A stretch of DNA of 64,000 nucleotides from Candidatus Hermodarchaeota archaeon (GTDB taxonomy: Archaea > Asgardarchaeota > Thorarchaeia > Thorarchaeales > Thorarchaeaceae). The notes beneath the pieces were generated by a model. That model saw only the letters and a program-made list of their open reading frames with translations, did no database searches and was not told where the DNA came from. The stretch spans positions 1 through 64,000 of the forward strand of contig JBHLLF010000002.1 in assembly GCA_048885865.1 (NCBI GenBank), written 5' to 3'. A program made the translations under genes and the position numbers. Every line of letters starts with the position of its first letter. Positions within the stretch are counted from its first letter, which is position 1. Shown here in pieces: positions 11,041 through 20,280 of this stretch.

Positions 11041-11066
11041 TGTGGTGCCGGACTCCCCGGCCCACA
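11041..11066. terminator. GC-rich hairpin between convergent gcvH and cdc6-like genes
   Basis: TGTGG-T-GCCGG-ACTCC-CCGGC-CCACA imperfect inverted repeat in the 50-bp convergent gap. Confidence 0.4.
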
Positions 11067-11072
11067 ATCACT

Positions 11073-12263
11073 TCATTTTCTCCGAGCTAACTCTCTACGT
11101 AGACTCAGCGCGGCATCATAGAGTATCTCAGGAGGAGCGATAAGATATAGTAGATTCCTGGAGTATCCTGATTCAAAGACAATACTCTGGAATATAAGGG
11201 TCTGAAGGCTCTTCTCGATGTCCTCTGGAATAAACCTCACGCCTAGTTCTTCACACTTGATCATTACAAGTTCGTTGAGGGTCTGTCTGTCAATGTAGGT
11301 TTCAGTCTTGTATGTCATCAGATGTTGAGAAAGACTCTCTAGAACTAAGAGCGTCATGAAATCATTCATGCTGATAGCATCGATAGTGTCCATGTAGTCC
11401 AAGTCCTGTGCTGCAGTGGTGATGTTCGAGGTGGCTGCTCGAACTGCATCCGATGTTATCTCCTGACCGCTTGATGCCATGGGCCATAATGCCTTGAGGG
11501 CTTCAACAGAAGTTCTTGGCTTTCCAGCATCAAATTCAATGACGCAGTCAGTGATGTATCTAACAACTTCTTCAGTGAGGCCAAGCGGAAACGTGTCCTC
11601 CACTCTTTGTCTGACTATCTCATAGAGCTGTGATTGAGTATAAGTGTCAAGAGGAATCTCAAAGTCATAAGCGACCTTGGTTGCTGGACCCTTTGTGAGC
11701 AGTCTGTAATCGTGACTGTTCAACACCCCAATTGTGCTGGCTCTGATCTCCTTTGACAGATGCGCGAGCTTTGAATAGACCTCCTCATTTGTTTCATCGA
11801 TGCCATCGATGACGAAGACAGTCTTCTTTGTCGCAGAGGCTGCCATTCTCTTGAACTGCATCCAGAGCACATCAAGATCGAACGCCACGGTGATTGGAGA
11901 ATTGGTTTCCCGGTGTATCTTGTCATTCAGCTCTGCAACAACTTCTAGGGTGTCCTTCCTGCGAGCATCAACATAGACAGTATAAGCGTCAAAATGCTGT
12001 GGCGTGAGTTTGGTTAGGAAGTACCTGCTAAAAACAGTCATGCCGACGCCCGTTATTCCATGGACAAGGCAATTGACACCATAGTCCTCTTCGTAGCTGT
12101 CGCGGTATATCCCCTTAATCGCGTCAAGTTCTCTGTCTCGATGAAGGAGATTCTCCGGGACGTGGTAAGGATCAAACAAGCCCTTCGGGCTTCGATTCTG
12201 ACGGACCATTCCTATCAGGGATTCGTCTTGATTGAGGTATATAAACCCCCTAAGAGACATCAC
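11073..12263 (-). CDS. Cdc6/Orc1-family AAA+ protein, degenerate Walker A/B
   Basis: FDPYHVPENLLHRDREL N-terminus, HGITGVGMT (Walker A Lys replaced by Met), VFVIDGIDE, YTQSQLYEIVRQRV, probable C-terminal winged helix. Confidence 0.82.
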   Translation of the reverse strand: MMSLRGFIYLNQDESLIGMVRQNRSPKGLFDPYHVPENLLHRDRELDAIKGIYRDSYEEDYGVNCLVHGITGVGMTVFSRYFLTKLTPQHFDAYTVYVDARRKDTLEVVAELNDKIHRETNSPITVAFDLDVLWMQFKRMAASATKKTVFVIDGIDETNEEVYSKLAHLSKEIRASTIGVLNSHDYRLLTKGPATKVAYDFEIPLDTYTQSQLYEIVRQRVEDTFPLGLTEEVVRYITDCVIEFDAGKPRTSVEALKALWPMASSGQEITSDAVRAATSNITTAAQDLDYMDTIDAISMNDFMTLLVLESLSQHLMTYKTETYIDRQTLNELVMIKCEELGVRFIPEDIEKSLQTLIFQSIVFESGYSRNLLYLIAPPEILYDAALSLRRELARRK

Positions 12264-12288
12264 CGAAAGTATTCTTGCTCTCTTTTGG

Positions 12289-13626
12289 CTACACCATTGA
12301 GCTCAGGACGTCGTTGCATGCTTCATCAAGGATGAAACTATTGAATCCGCCCCCAATGGTCTCCCGAAGCTCATTTAGACGGGCGGACTTGGCCTTGTCA
12401 TCAAAAGGCCACTTATGCTCAGGCTTGGGCGTTATCCCAAGAGAGTCGCATTTCTCCACAATATCAAGAATGGTCTGTAGCAGCTGTTTTCCTGTCTTGC
12501 CTTCTGGCCGAATCTCTCTAGAATGCATGATGATGCCATACGCTGCACTATTGTCGCCTAGGTACCACTTACTAGGGGCGTGACCATATTTTCCAAATGG
12601 CACTAGATCATTGCTCCTCAGCAGGGCATCAATCTCATCCAAAGTGTGCTGCATATTCCTCAAGCTATCCTCATGAAAGCCATAGCCCTCAAACAATGCG
12701 AATTGGACTCCTTCCTTTGGATTTCGCTTGGGCAGTTTGATTCGAATGTCCTTCATCCGTTCAAACTCATCTTTGTCTAGCCGCTTGGCGTCAACAAACT
12801 CCTCTAACTCTGACTCATAGTCTTCTGGATATTGAAGGATGAGGAGTGGCGGATTGAAGCCTTCACGAACATCTGGATGGGCCATCACAATAGTTTCTCC
12901 ATAGCGAATCGGACTCTTACGCTTGATCATCCCATCAACTGCTTGACCTAGAGCGTCGTAGTCAGGGAATTCGGCCAATGAACCAACTAGAGTTTCACTG
13001 ACCAACGGTCGAATTGTGAGCTTCAATTCAGTGATGAATCCTAGAGTGCCATGAGAACTAGCGACATCATGAATGGTCATTCCTTTCTTGTTGAGATCTT
13101 CTTCAAGGTCAGGATCGTCAGATTTTACTCCTTCATGACTGACGGTGAGTCTTCGCCCATCGTATGTGACCATCTTTACCTTGATGGTGTTATCCCGCAT
13201 TGTTCCATTTACCCAAGTATCATTGCCACCGCCATCCGTTGAGAGAATACCTCCCACAGTAGCGATATCTCTACTGCTGGGTGCCACAAACAGCTTCATT
13301 CCCATCGGCTCAAGAACTGCATTGATTTCATCAGGGCTCAGTCCGGGTTGGACATCGACAAAACCCATGTCCTTTGAGACAGCAAGCATCTCTGTCATCT
13401 GCAGGCTGCTCATCATGATGCGTTCAGTATCCCCACCTGTGCAAGCTCCACTGAGGCCGGACCCGCCACCCTTAGGTGTGACGTCATATCCATTTTCTCG
13501 GGCAAATGAAATGGCAGCCAGCACATCAGCTTCAGTCTTAGGATAGTAGACTCCCCTTATCTTCTTGAAGTTCAATCTATAGTACATCGAGGCGTTCGCA
13601 CCGATGGCAATATCTCTCAGTTTCAT
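12289..13626 (-). CDS. FAD-binding oxidoreductase (GlcD / D-lactate dehydrogenase-like)
   Basis: VYYPKTEADV, PKGGGSGLSGA, APSS..ATVGG, SHGTLGFITE, C-terminal H...H...EH metal ligands. Start immediately follows the upstream gene's stop. Confidence 0.85.
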   Translation of the reverse strand: MKLRDIAIGANASMYYRLNFKKIRGVYYPKTEADVLAAISFARENGYDVTPKGGGSGLSGACTGGDTERIMMSSLQMTEMLAVSKDMGFVDVQPGLSPDEINAVLEPMGMKLFVAPSSRDIATVGGILSTDGGGNDTWVNGTMRDNTIKVKMVTYDGRRLTVSHEGVKSDDPDLEEDLNKKGMTIHDVASSHGTLGFITELKLTIRPLVSETLVGSLAEFPDYDALGQAVDGMIKRKSPIRYGETIVMAHPDVREGFNPPLLILQYPEDYESELEEFVDAKRLDKDEFERMKDIRIKLPKRNPKEGVQFALFEGYGFHEDSLRNMQHTLDEIDALLRSNDLVPFGKYGHAPSKWYLGDNSAAYGIIMHSREIRPEGKTGKQLLQTILDIVEKCDSLGITPKPEHKWPFDDKAKSARLNELRETIGGGFNSFILDEACNDVLSSMV

Positions 13627-13627
13627 C

Positions 13628-14740
13628 TTATTCGTCGCCTCCCTTGCTGGCATCCGCCATGAGTTCGATAATGTCCTTAGTTTTGTTATCACTTGCAAGT
13701 AGCTGTTCACGACATGATGGACACGCTGTTACTACAACAGTATCCCTTAGCTTCTCCTTAGCTGCTCTGGCTTGAATGATAATGTCGCTTAGTCCGGGAT
13801 CCGTCATCCTTAGGAGTCCTCCACCCCCACAGCAACTGGCTTCCATTTCACGATAATCCACACCGAGTTTCTTCAAGAGTGACCTTGGCTCGGTCTTAAT
13901 GCCAAGAATCCTATGAAGCTCGCAAGGATCGTGATATGCCAGCTCCTCTGTTTGCTTGTACTTGGGTGTGGTCTCCATCTTCTGGTCAAAGAACTGGGTA
14001 TGGTGAAGCGCCTCTACATTCTCAAGATTGTGATGCTCTCTCAGCTGGATTAGACAGCCTGGGCAACATGTCACCACTCTTTTTGCCTGCGCATCTCTAA
14101 TCACTGTCCTGTTATGCTCTCGGAGATCCTCAGCACCTTTCTCATCGCCCATCAGATAGAGAGGATGACCGCAACAATTCTCCTCAGCTCCCATGATTAG
14201 GTAATCTTCACCAATATCCTCTAGCATCATAAATAGAGACCTTACTACATCCATCTGACTTCCACGAAATGACATGAGGCAGCCAAGGAAGACCATTGTG
14301 TCAGCAGTCTTGCCCTTCTCATAGAGGCGATCTGCAAGTTTTGGGATGTCGTCTTCCAGCTCATCAAGCCAGTAAATAGCTCTGTCCTCGGGGTCCAGCC
14401 CATAAATATTCGCTACATTGGCCAGCGCATCCTTCAGAGCGTCCAGATACTCAAATTCCTCGGGTGCGGTTTCGATAGCCTTTGCCCTCTGTTCATGCCA
14501 AACTCGAAGCAGATCCACGTCGGACGAGCAAATCTCTGAGCATCTGCCACACATGCTGCATTGAAAAAGCAATTGCCTGAACTCCTTTGCGAGTTCTGGG
14601 TCATCCTCGATTTGGTCCATTATCTGCAACATGTACGCCTTTCCACGAGGTGAGTACTGCTCTTCACCTACTGCATCAAATAGGGGGCAGAACTTGACGC
14701 ATGATCCACACCTTACACATTTGTCGTATGATGATGACAT
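13628..14740 (-). CDS. Fe-S protein with 4Fe-4S dicluster and two CCG domains (GlcF/HdrD-like)
   Basis: CVRCGSCVKFCP, CSMCGRCSEIC, ENCCG, TCCPGC, YHDPC, CCGGGG, TACPSC. Confidence 0.88.
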   Translation of the reverse strand: MSSSYDKCVRCGSCVKFCPLFDAVGEEQYSPRGKAYMLQIMDQIEDDPELAKEFRQLLFQCSMCGRCSEICSSDVDLLRVWHEQRAKAIETAPEEFEYLDALKDALANVANIYGLDPEDRAIYWLDELEDDIPKLADRLYEKGKTADTMVFLGCLMSFRGSQMDVVRSLFMMLEDIGEDYLIMGAEENCCGHPLYLMGDEKGAEDLREHNRTVIRDAQAKRVVTCCPGCLIQLREHHNLENVEALHHTQFFDQKMETTPKYKQTEELAYHDPCELHRILGIKTEPRSLLKKLGVDYREMEASCCGGGGLLRMTDPGLSDIIIQARAAKEKLRDTVVVTACPSCREQLLASDNKTKDIIELMADASKGGDE

Positions 14741-14838
14741 TGTAGATTCTCCGTGACTGAGAGCTATAGCATCGCCGAGCTGCAGCAATTTTAGTCTTGC
14801 TGATAGCTGCTTTTTTTGACTAGAAAAAGAGAGGGATT

Positions 14839-14857
14839 GCGGCGGATTATCCGCCGC
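14839..14857 (-). terminator. Hairpin plus T-rich tract downstream of malic enzyme
   Basis: GCGGCGGA-TTA-TCCGCCGC perfect 8-bp stem about 10 nt past the stop, followed on the minus strand by CTCTCTTTTTCT. Confidence 0.6.
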
Positions 14858-14866
14858 TTGAAATTC

Positions 14867-16228
14867 CTAGGTTTTGGGTGCTTTAGGTATGTAGCCTTCC
14901 TTATACAGCATCTCAGATGCAGCACGTGCGGTCCGGATGATATTCTCTGCATTCTTGTACAGGTCCTTCTCTTCCCAATGCTTCCTTGCAATGCCCTGCT
15001 CCATAGCTTTCATACCGACCGCAGTAGCCTCTAGCGGATAGAGTTCCCATTGGTCCATGGTCGGAATGACCTTTCTCTCATTGGCCTCCTTGGCACCGAG
15101 ATCCGCCAATGCCTTGGCTGCGGCAATACACATCTCATCAGTGATTGTCGTAGCCATTACATCTAGAGTTCCTCTAAAGATACCCGGGAATCCCAGCGAG
15201 TTATTGATTTGGTTATCAAAGTCGCTTCTGCCTGTACCCACTATTCTTGCACCCGCCTCCTTTGCATCCCAAGGCCAGATTTCAGGCAATGGATTTGCAC
15301 AGGCGTACACGATAGCGTCGGATGCCATCTTGGACACCCACTCCTTCTTCACCGAGCCAGGTGTGGGTGTGGAGGCAGTAATCAGGATGTCGCTTCCCTC
15401 GATGACATCACCTAGGTTTCCAGTCATTCTATCAGGATTGGTCTTCTGCGCCAGGTCGTACTTGAATGCATCATAGTCTTTCTTTTCCACTATGTCCTCT
15501 CGGTCTGCATATATCGCACCTGTCCTATCAACCATTATGATGTTCTTGGGATCAACACCAGCTGAAATCATCAAATAGGCTGTTCGTGTATTAGCTGCGC
15601 CAACTCCGAGAAACGCAACCTTGACATTCTCAACGTCCTTCTTGACTACATTCAGACCTCCAAATACGCCTGCGAGTACAACAGTTGCAGTCCCCTGCGC
15701 ATCATCGTGCCAGACAGGGATTTTTACATCCGGGTCACTCCTAAGCTCCTCTAGAACTCTGTAGCATTTTGGTTTAGAGATGTCTTCGAGGTTGATTCCA
15801 CCAAATGATGGCTGCAGAAGCTTCACGGTTCTGATGATTTCGTCAGGGTCCTTCGTGTCTAGGCATATTGGCCAAGCATCCACGCCCCCCAGATATTTGA
15901 ACAGAATTGCCTTCCCCTCCATGACAGGGCCAGCTGCGTAAGGACCAATATCTCCAAGGCCCAGTACCCTGGTTCCATCGCTCACGACAGCGACCATGTT
16001 ACCTCGGTTGAGCATGTCATAGGAGGCTTCTTCATTCTCCTTAATCGCTAGGCAGGCCTTAGCTACACCAGGAGTGTACCAGATTGCAAAATCAGAAAAG
16101 TCACGGACTGGCGCCTTTCCGATGCTCTGAATCTTCCCCTTGTAAAAGGGATGCAGTATCATGGCGTCCTTCCCCGGCTTCTCAGCCTTCTTCTTCAGTT
16201 CTTCAACTGTGAGTTTCTCTTCAGGCAT
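14867..16228 (-). CDS. NAD(P)-dependent malic enzyme
   Basis: WYTPGVA, VAVVSDGTRVLGLGDIG, PVMEGKAILFK, GGINLEDI, HDDAQGTA, ANPLPEI, GRSDFDNQINN. Confidence 0.95.
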   Translation of the reverse strand: MPEEKLTVEELKKKAEKPGKDAMILHPFYKGKIQSIGKAPVRDFSDFAIWYTPGVAKACLAIKENEEASYDMLNRGNMVAVVSDGTRVLGLGDIGPYAAGPVMEGKAILFKYLGGVDAWPICLDTKDPDEIIRTVKLLQPSFGGINLEDISKPKCYRVLEELRSDPDVKIPVWHDDAQGTATVVLAGVFGGLNVVKKDVENVKVAFLGVGAANTRTAYLMISAGVDPKNIIMVDRTGAIYADREDIVEKKDYDAFKYDLAQKTNPDRMTGNLGDVIEGSDILITASTPTPGSVKKEWVSKMASDAIVYACANPLPEIWPWDAKEAGARIVGTGRSDFDNQINNSLGFPGIFRGTLDVMATTITDEMCIAAAKALADLGAKEANERKVIPTMDQWELYPLEATAVGMKAMEQGIARKHWEEKDLYKNAENIIRTARAASEMLYKEGYIPKAPKT

Positions 16229-16384
16229 TATATGGAGCCCCTTCATTTCACTAGACGTACCTAAATCGGGCCGTCACGCAGGTACCGGGGCACATGTAGC
16301 TTCGATTAAAGTCTATGCCTTTTGGACTGATAGTCGTAAGAGCTATTTCATAAGCCTCTGCCATGATTTCGGTCGTGATGAGAA

Positions 16385-17128
16385 ATGCCTGGCATTGGTG
16401 ATGATTTCTATCGAAAGTCAAAGTACACAAGAGGTAATCTTCCCAGACATAGACTAGATTGGAGCAGCAAACCGCCAACCTACAAGAGCTATGATTCCAC
16501 TCAGAGAATTCAGCTGCCAACTCCATCCGTTGAAGGCGGTAGGAGTTTGTGGGAAGTCCTCAGAAGTAGACGAAGCAGACGTGCCTATACAAATGAATCT
16601 CTGACTCTGGAGGATTTATCGCAAATAGTCTGGGCAACTCAGGGAGTCACTGCGCAGGTAGGCGATTATGACCTCAGAACTGCTCCATCTGCAGGAGCTC
16701 TCTACCCCATTGAAACCTACCTCTGTGTCAATAGGGTTTCCGGATTGGAGTCGGGTCTGTATCACTATTCGGTTCCTAAGCATGAGCTAGAGTTCATCAA
16801 GCCCGGAGAATTCGGTGGAGAAGTCAGCAGAGGTGCACTTGACCAGAAGATGACGGAGCGGGCAGCTGTAGTAATCATTTGGTCTGCAGTATTTCAAAGG
16901 TCAAAGTGGAAGTATCTTCAGCGTGCTTATCGATATGTGTTCCTTGATGCCGGGCATATAGCGCAGAATCTTGCGTTGGCTGCAGAAGCACTTGGCTACG
17001 GTACATGTCAGATTGGGGCGATCTATGACGATGAGCTAAACCAGCTTCTGGACCTTGATGGTGAGGAGGAAAGTGTCATTTACTTGAGCACGGTGGCCCG
17101 CCCACAGAGACAGCATCAGCGCCCTTAG
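16385..17128 (+). CDS. SagB/ThcOx-family nitroreductase-like dehydrogenase
   Basis: RRSRRAY, RTAPSAGALYPIE, KYLQRAYRYVFLDAGHIAQN. Confidence 0.9.
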   Translation: MPGIGDDFYRKSKYTRGNLPRHRLDWSSKPPTYKSYDSTQRIQLPTPSVEGGRSLWEVLRSRRSRRAYTNESLTLEDLSQIVWATQGVTAQVGDYDLRTAPSAGALYPIETYLCVNRVSGLESGLYHYSVPKHELEFIKPGEFGGEVSRGALDQKMTERAAVVIIWSAVFQRSKWKYLQRAYRYVFLDAGHIAQNLALAAEALGYGTCQIGAIYDDELNQLLDLDGEEESVIYLSTVARPQRQHQRP

Positions 17129-17598
17129 AGCTTGAGCCCCCAATACTTCACTATCTGTGATGCGTGTTCTGATGAGCGTACTTTATCCTGCCCCTCAGAA
17201 CCTCCAAAGATAGCTTCGACCTTACCCTCTTCATCAATCAAGTATGTTATGCGCTTGACTCCAACTCCAATTACGCTCAATTTGCTGAAGGCTCCATAGA
17301 GCTTGGCTATCTCAAGATCCTCATCCATAAGAATGTTGAATGGAAGATTGTATTTCCCTCTGAACTTCTGGTGTAGCTCTGCTGACCCACCAGAAATTCC
17401 GAATATCGGTATTCCCGACCCCTCAAAGATCTGATAGCTATCTCGAAGAGAGCATGCCTCAGCAGTGCACCCAGGTGTGAAGTCTTTTGGATAAAAGTAG
17501 AGGACTATCTTCTTTCCACGGTAATCGCTGAGTTTGAACTTGTTACCTGTGTCGTCTTCGGTTTCGAAATCTGGAGCGAAGTCGCCTACGCGTAGCAT
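17125..17598 (-). CDS. bcp: Peroxiredoxin Q (BCP)
   Basis: APDF, LYFYPKDFTPGCTAEAC, RITYLIDEEG. Confidence 0.92.
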   Translation of the reverse strand: MLRVGDFAPDFETEDDTGNKFKLSDYRGKKIVLYFYPKDFTPGCTAEACSLRDSYQIFEGSGIPIFGISGGSAELHQKFRGKYNLPFNILMDEDLEIAKLYGAFSKLSVIGVGVKRITYLIDEEGKVEAIFGGSEGQDKVRSSEHASQIVKYWGLKL

Positions 17599-17609
17599 GA
17601 CATCCGCTC

Positions 17610-18101
17610 CTACAGCTTGAGGTCCCAGAACTTGATGACCTGATTCGCATGATCCTTGGTCTTGACCTTCTCGATGCCCTCTGGGCCACCGAATACTCCC
17701 TCCACTTTGCCATCCTCATCAATAAGGAATGTTGTTCGAACAATTCCTAGGTATTCCTTGCCATACATCTTTTTCGTCTGGTAGACATCATAGAGCTTTG
17801 CTATCTCGAAATCCTCATCCATAAGAAGCGGGAATGGGAGGTCGTTCTTGTCCTTGAAACTCTGGTGTGACTTTGTACTTCCTCCAGAAACACCAAAGAC
17901 AGGAATGTCATTTCCCTCGAAGACATTGTAGGCATCTCTGATTGAGCATGCTTCAGCTTTGCATCCTGTAGTATTGTCCTTCGGATAGAAGTAGAGAAAT
18001 ACTTTCTTTCCCTTGTACGCACTGAGCTTGAATTCATCTCCAGTTTCTGTCTTTGTCTTGAAATCTGGAGCTTTATCACCAATCTTAATCATAATTGTCA
18101 T
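17610..18101 (-). CDS. bcp: Peroxiredoxin Q (BCP), tandem paralog
   Basis: APDF, LYFYPKDNTTGCKAEAC, RTTFLIDEDG. Confidence 0.92.
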   Translation of the reverse strand: MTIMIKIGDKAPDFKTKTETGDEFKLSAYKGKKVFLYFYPKDNTTGCKAEACSIRDAYNVFEGNDIPVFGVSGGSTKSHQSFKDKNDLPFPLLMDEDFEIAKLYDVYQTKKMYGKEYLGIVRTTFLIDEDGKVEGVFGGPEGIEKVKTKDHANQVIKFWDLKL

Positions 18102-18236
18102 CCCACAAGAAAATTAATTATTGTTAATATTGCTGGAATAATTATTGATAAACCTTGCTCTCTGGCAGAAATCCTTTGTCCTGAATCAGCAATCCTTAAA
18201 GAGACCATCATTTCGAAGGGATGAGTTGATGGAGAG

Positions 18237-19235
18237 ATGTCTGCTAGTCCAGTTGCGTATAAGTCGGATTGGGGATTCATCATTGCCTTCAATGTTGGAA
18301 TCGTATTGAACTTGGTAGTGGGCATTATTCTTTCATCAATCTATTTACCCCTCCCATTCGATTTGTTGCTAATGCTTTCACTCTTTCTTGGGTTCCCAAC
18401 GCTCTCGGCAATCTTCGCCTATTTCATCGGTTGGTATACCAAAAAACACATTGTAGAATATACCCCGCCAGACTGGGAATTTCAGCCAATTCAAATGCAG
18501 CTCGAACAGGTACCTGAAATGGTCGATGAATACCACCGTGACTATTGGCGACTTGAGGCTAGGAGTAACTATTGGACATATCACATCCCTCTAATTGTGA
18601 TCATGTTGATATTCAGCCTCCCATTCTATCTATCTTTTATCGACTCAAGCATTCTGCTAGTGGCTCAATACATAGTTCCTGTAGGACTGATACTCAATCA
18701 TGCCGTCGCCTCCTTCGGAGCGTTCTTTGCTACATCCAATGAATCATCAGAAGACTTCGCGCTCCCGTTGATCAGAGAGGCACTCTGGCTTGGAAATGTG
18801 CAGTTCAAGGTTCCTGGGGTCAGCCAACTCCGCCTAGTCTTGGATAAGGCGGTTCATGAGAGTTTTCGAATATATCGAGAGCCCCGAATTGTTATGCGTA
18901 TCTCTGGGTTTGAGCATGATGGCTACATCGAGTCTTGGTCCGAGGACCTTAGGGCAATAGCAAGAGTACTATGTCGACTGTATGAGAGTGAAGAGCATGG
19001 CCAGGTAGTCTGGTGGTGGGTTTCAACCGATCGCAATTTTCGGAAGTATACGGATGTAGAAGACACTGGCTACTATGTGCGTCTTCCTGTACCATCTCCG
19101 GTGAAGGAATTGGGAGTCAGAGATGTACGCCTCGTGACGGAGAATGCAGTGGCAATTGTGTTGCTAGAGCTCTCACGGCTTCAAGGCGAATCGAATGAAA
19201 TCGCCTCTCTCTTGGCAGACCTTGGCGTTGCTTAG
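18237..19235 (+). CDS. Hypothetical 4-TM membrane protein (paralog 1 of 3)
   Basis: Two pairs of hydrophobic helices, then a soluble C-terminal domain. Shares a linker motif with the next two ORFs. Confidence 0.75.
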   Translation: MSASPVAYKSDWGFIIAFNVGIVLNLVVGIILSSIYLPLPFDLLLMLSLFLGFPTLSAIFAYFIGWYTKKHIVEYTPPDWEFQPIQMQLEQVPEMVDEYHRDYWRLEARSNYWTYHIPLIVIMLIFSLPFYLSFIDSSILLVAQYIVPVGLILNHAVASFGAFFATSNESSEDFALPLIREALWLGNVQFKVPGVSQLRLVLDKAVHESFRIYREPRIVMRISGFEHDGYIESWSEDLRAIARVLCRLYESEEHGQVVWWWVSTDRNFRKYTDVEDTGYYVRLPVPSPVKELGVRDVRLVTENAVAIVLLELSRLQGESNEIASLLADLGVA

Positions 19236-19284
19236 TTTACACCCATAATACTCAACAATAAGGACTTCAAACTGATTTCGAGGA

Positions 19285-20241
19285 TTGACAGTGACAGAGG
19301 AGCCAGTGACATATTCATCACTAGTGCCATATTACATTCTGCTCTTAGCAGTCCTTGTCATTTGGTCCTTTGCTGGTGTTGATGTTTCATCGTATCTCGT
19401 GGTCAGCCTATATTCAAATCCATTCGTCTGGGTTGCCTACTCAATATCCATAATGCTAGCAATTACTCCAATTCTTTGGCTTATTGCCAGAACAATGAAG
19501 CAGCGGATATCCCTTAATCCTGATGTTTCCTGGAAATTCCACAGTCAGGAGCTTCATTATGATGAATATGCAGCAATGATGGCAGACTACAGTTCGGGAT
19601 ATTCGCATCTGATTTCAAGGAGTGATAAAAAACTCCTGATTGCTTCCTTTACTATACTGATTGTAGCTGTGATAGGACCTGTAGCACTTGCAGCTGTTTC
19701 AGTCAGTCTTGTCTTCATTCTTCCCTTTACCTACGGTGGACTGCAGCTAATCTATGGAATCCTATTAACGACGTACTTCTATCGTAGTATCTCTAATGAA
19801 GCGAGTGCGCACTTCCACTATGAGGATCCTGCGCGCTTGAAAGCTGCCTGTATGCTTCTGGAAAATACGCCAGGATTTGCTTTGGTTGGGGTAGCATTCT
19901 CAATTGGAGAAGCAGGGGGATACTACGCATTTCGAAGTCCAGTTGCCATAGGTCGAATAACTGGGATTGAGGCTGTCGCAAAAGTTGAGGTCAGTGTTGG
20001 AGATATATTTCCTCCAATGACAGCCTTTGGTACTGTTTCTTCTGCTGTGGAGGGTGAAGAATCGAAAAGAATGATTGAACTTCAGCCAGGAGATGAGCTG
20101 AAGCAATTGGAAGGAATCGTACGATGGTGTATCACAATCTATGTAGAAGAGAATGGAAGCAATGAGATTCTGGATGAATTGATGGAAGAGCTTGGCATTG
20201 ATAATCCATCCAGCGATGATGCTCCTCCTTCAATCGATTAG
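19285..20241 (+). CDS. Hypothetical 4-TM membrane protein (paralog 2 of 3)
   Basis: Same layout as its neighbours; GAGG before the TTG start. Confidence 0.75.
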   Translation: MTVTEEPVTYSSLVPYYILLLAVLVIWSFAGVDVSSYLVVSLYSNPFVWVAYSISIMLAITPILWLIARTMKQRISLNPDVSWKFHSQELHYDEYAAMMADYSSGYSHLISRSDKKLLIASFTILIVAVIGPVALAAVSVSLVFILPFTYGGLQLIYGILLTTYFYRSISNEASAHFHYEDPARLKAACMLLENTPGFALVGVAFSIGEAGGYYAFRSPVAIGRITGIEAVAKVEVSVGDIFPPMTAFGTVSSAVEGEESKRMIELQPGDELKQLEGIVRWCITIYVEENGSNEILDELMEELGIDNPSSDDAPPSID

Positions 20242-20280
20242 CTTATCTCGGCAATTGACCCTCAAATCGAAGTAGCAGGG

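Noticed and set aside
17125-18101. Selenocysteine peroxiredoxins
   Set aside because: Active-site residues are Cys codons; no in-frame TGA read-through is needed.
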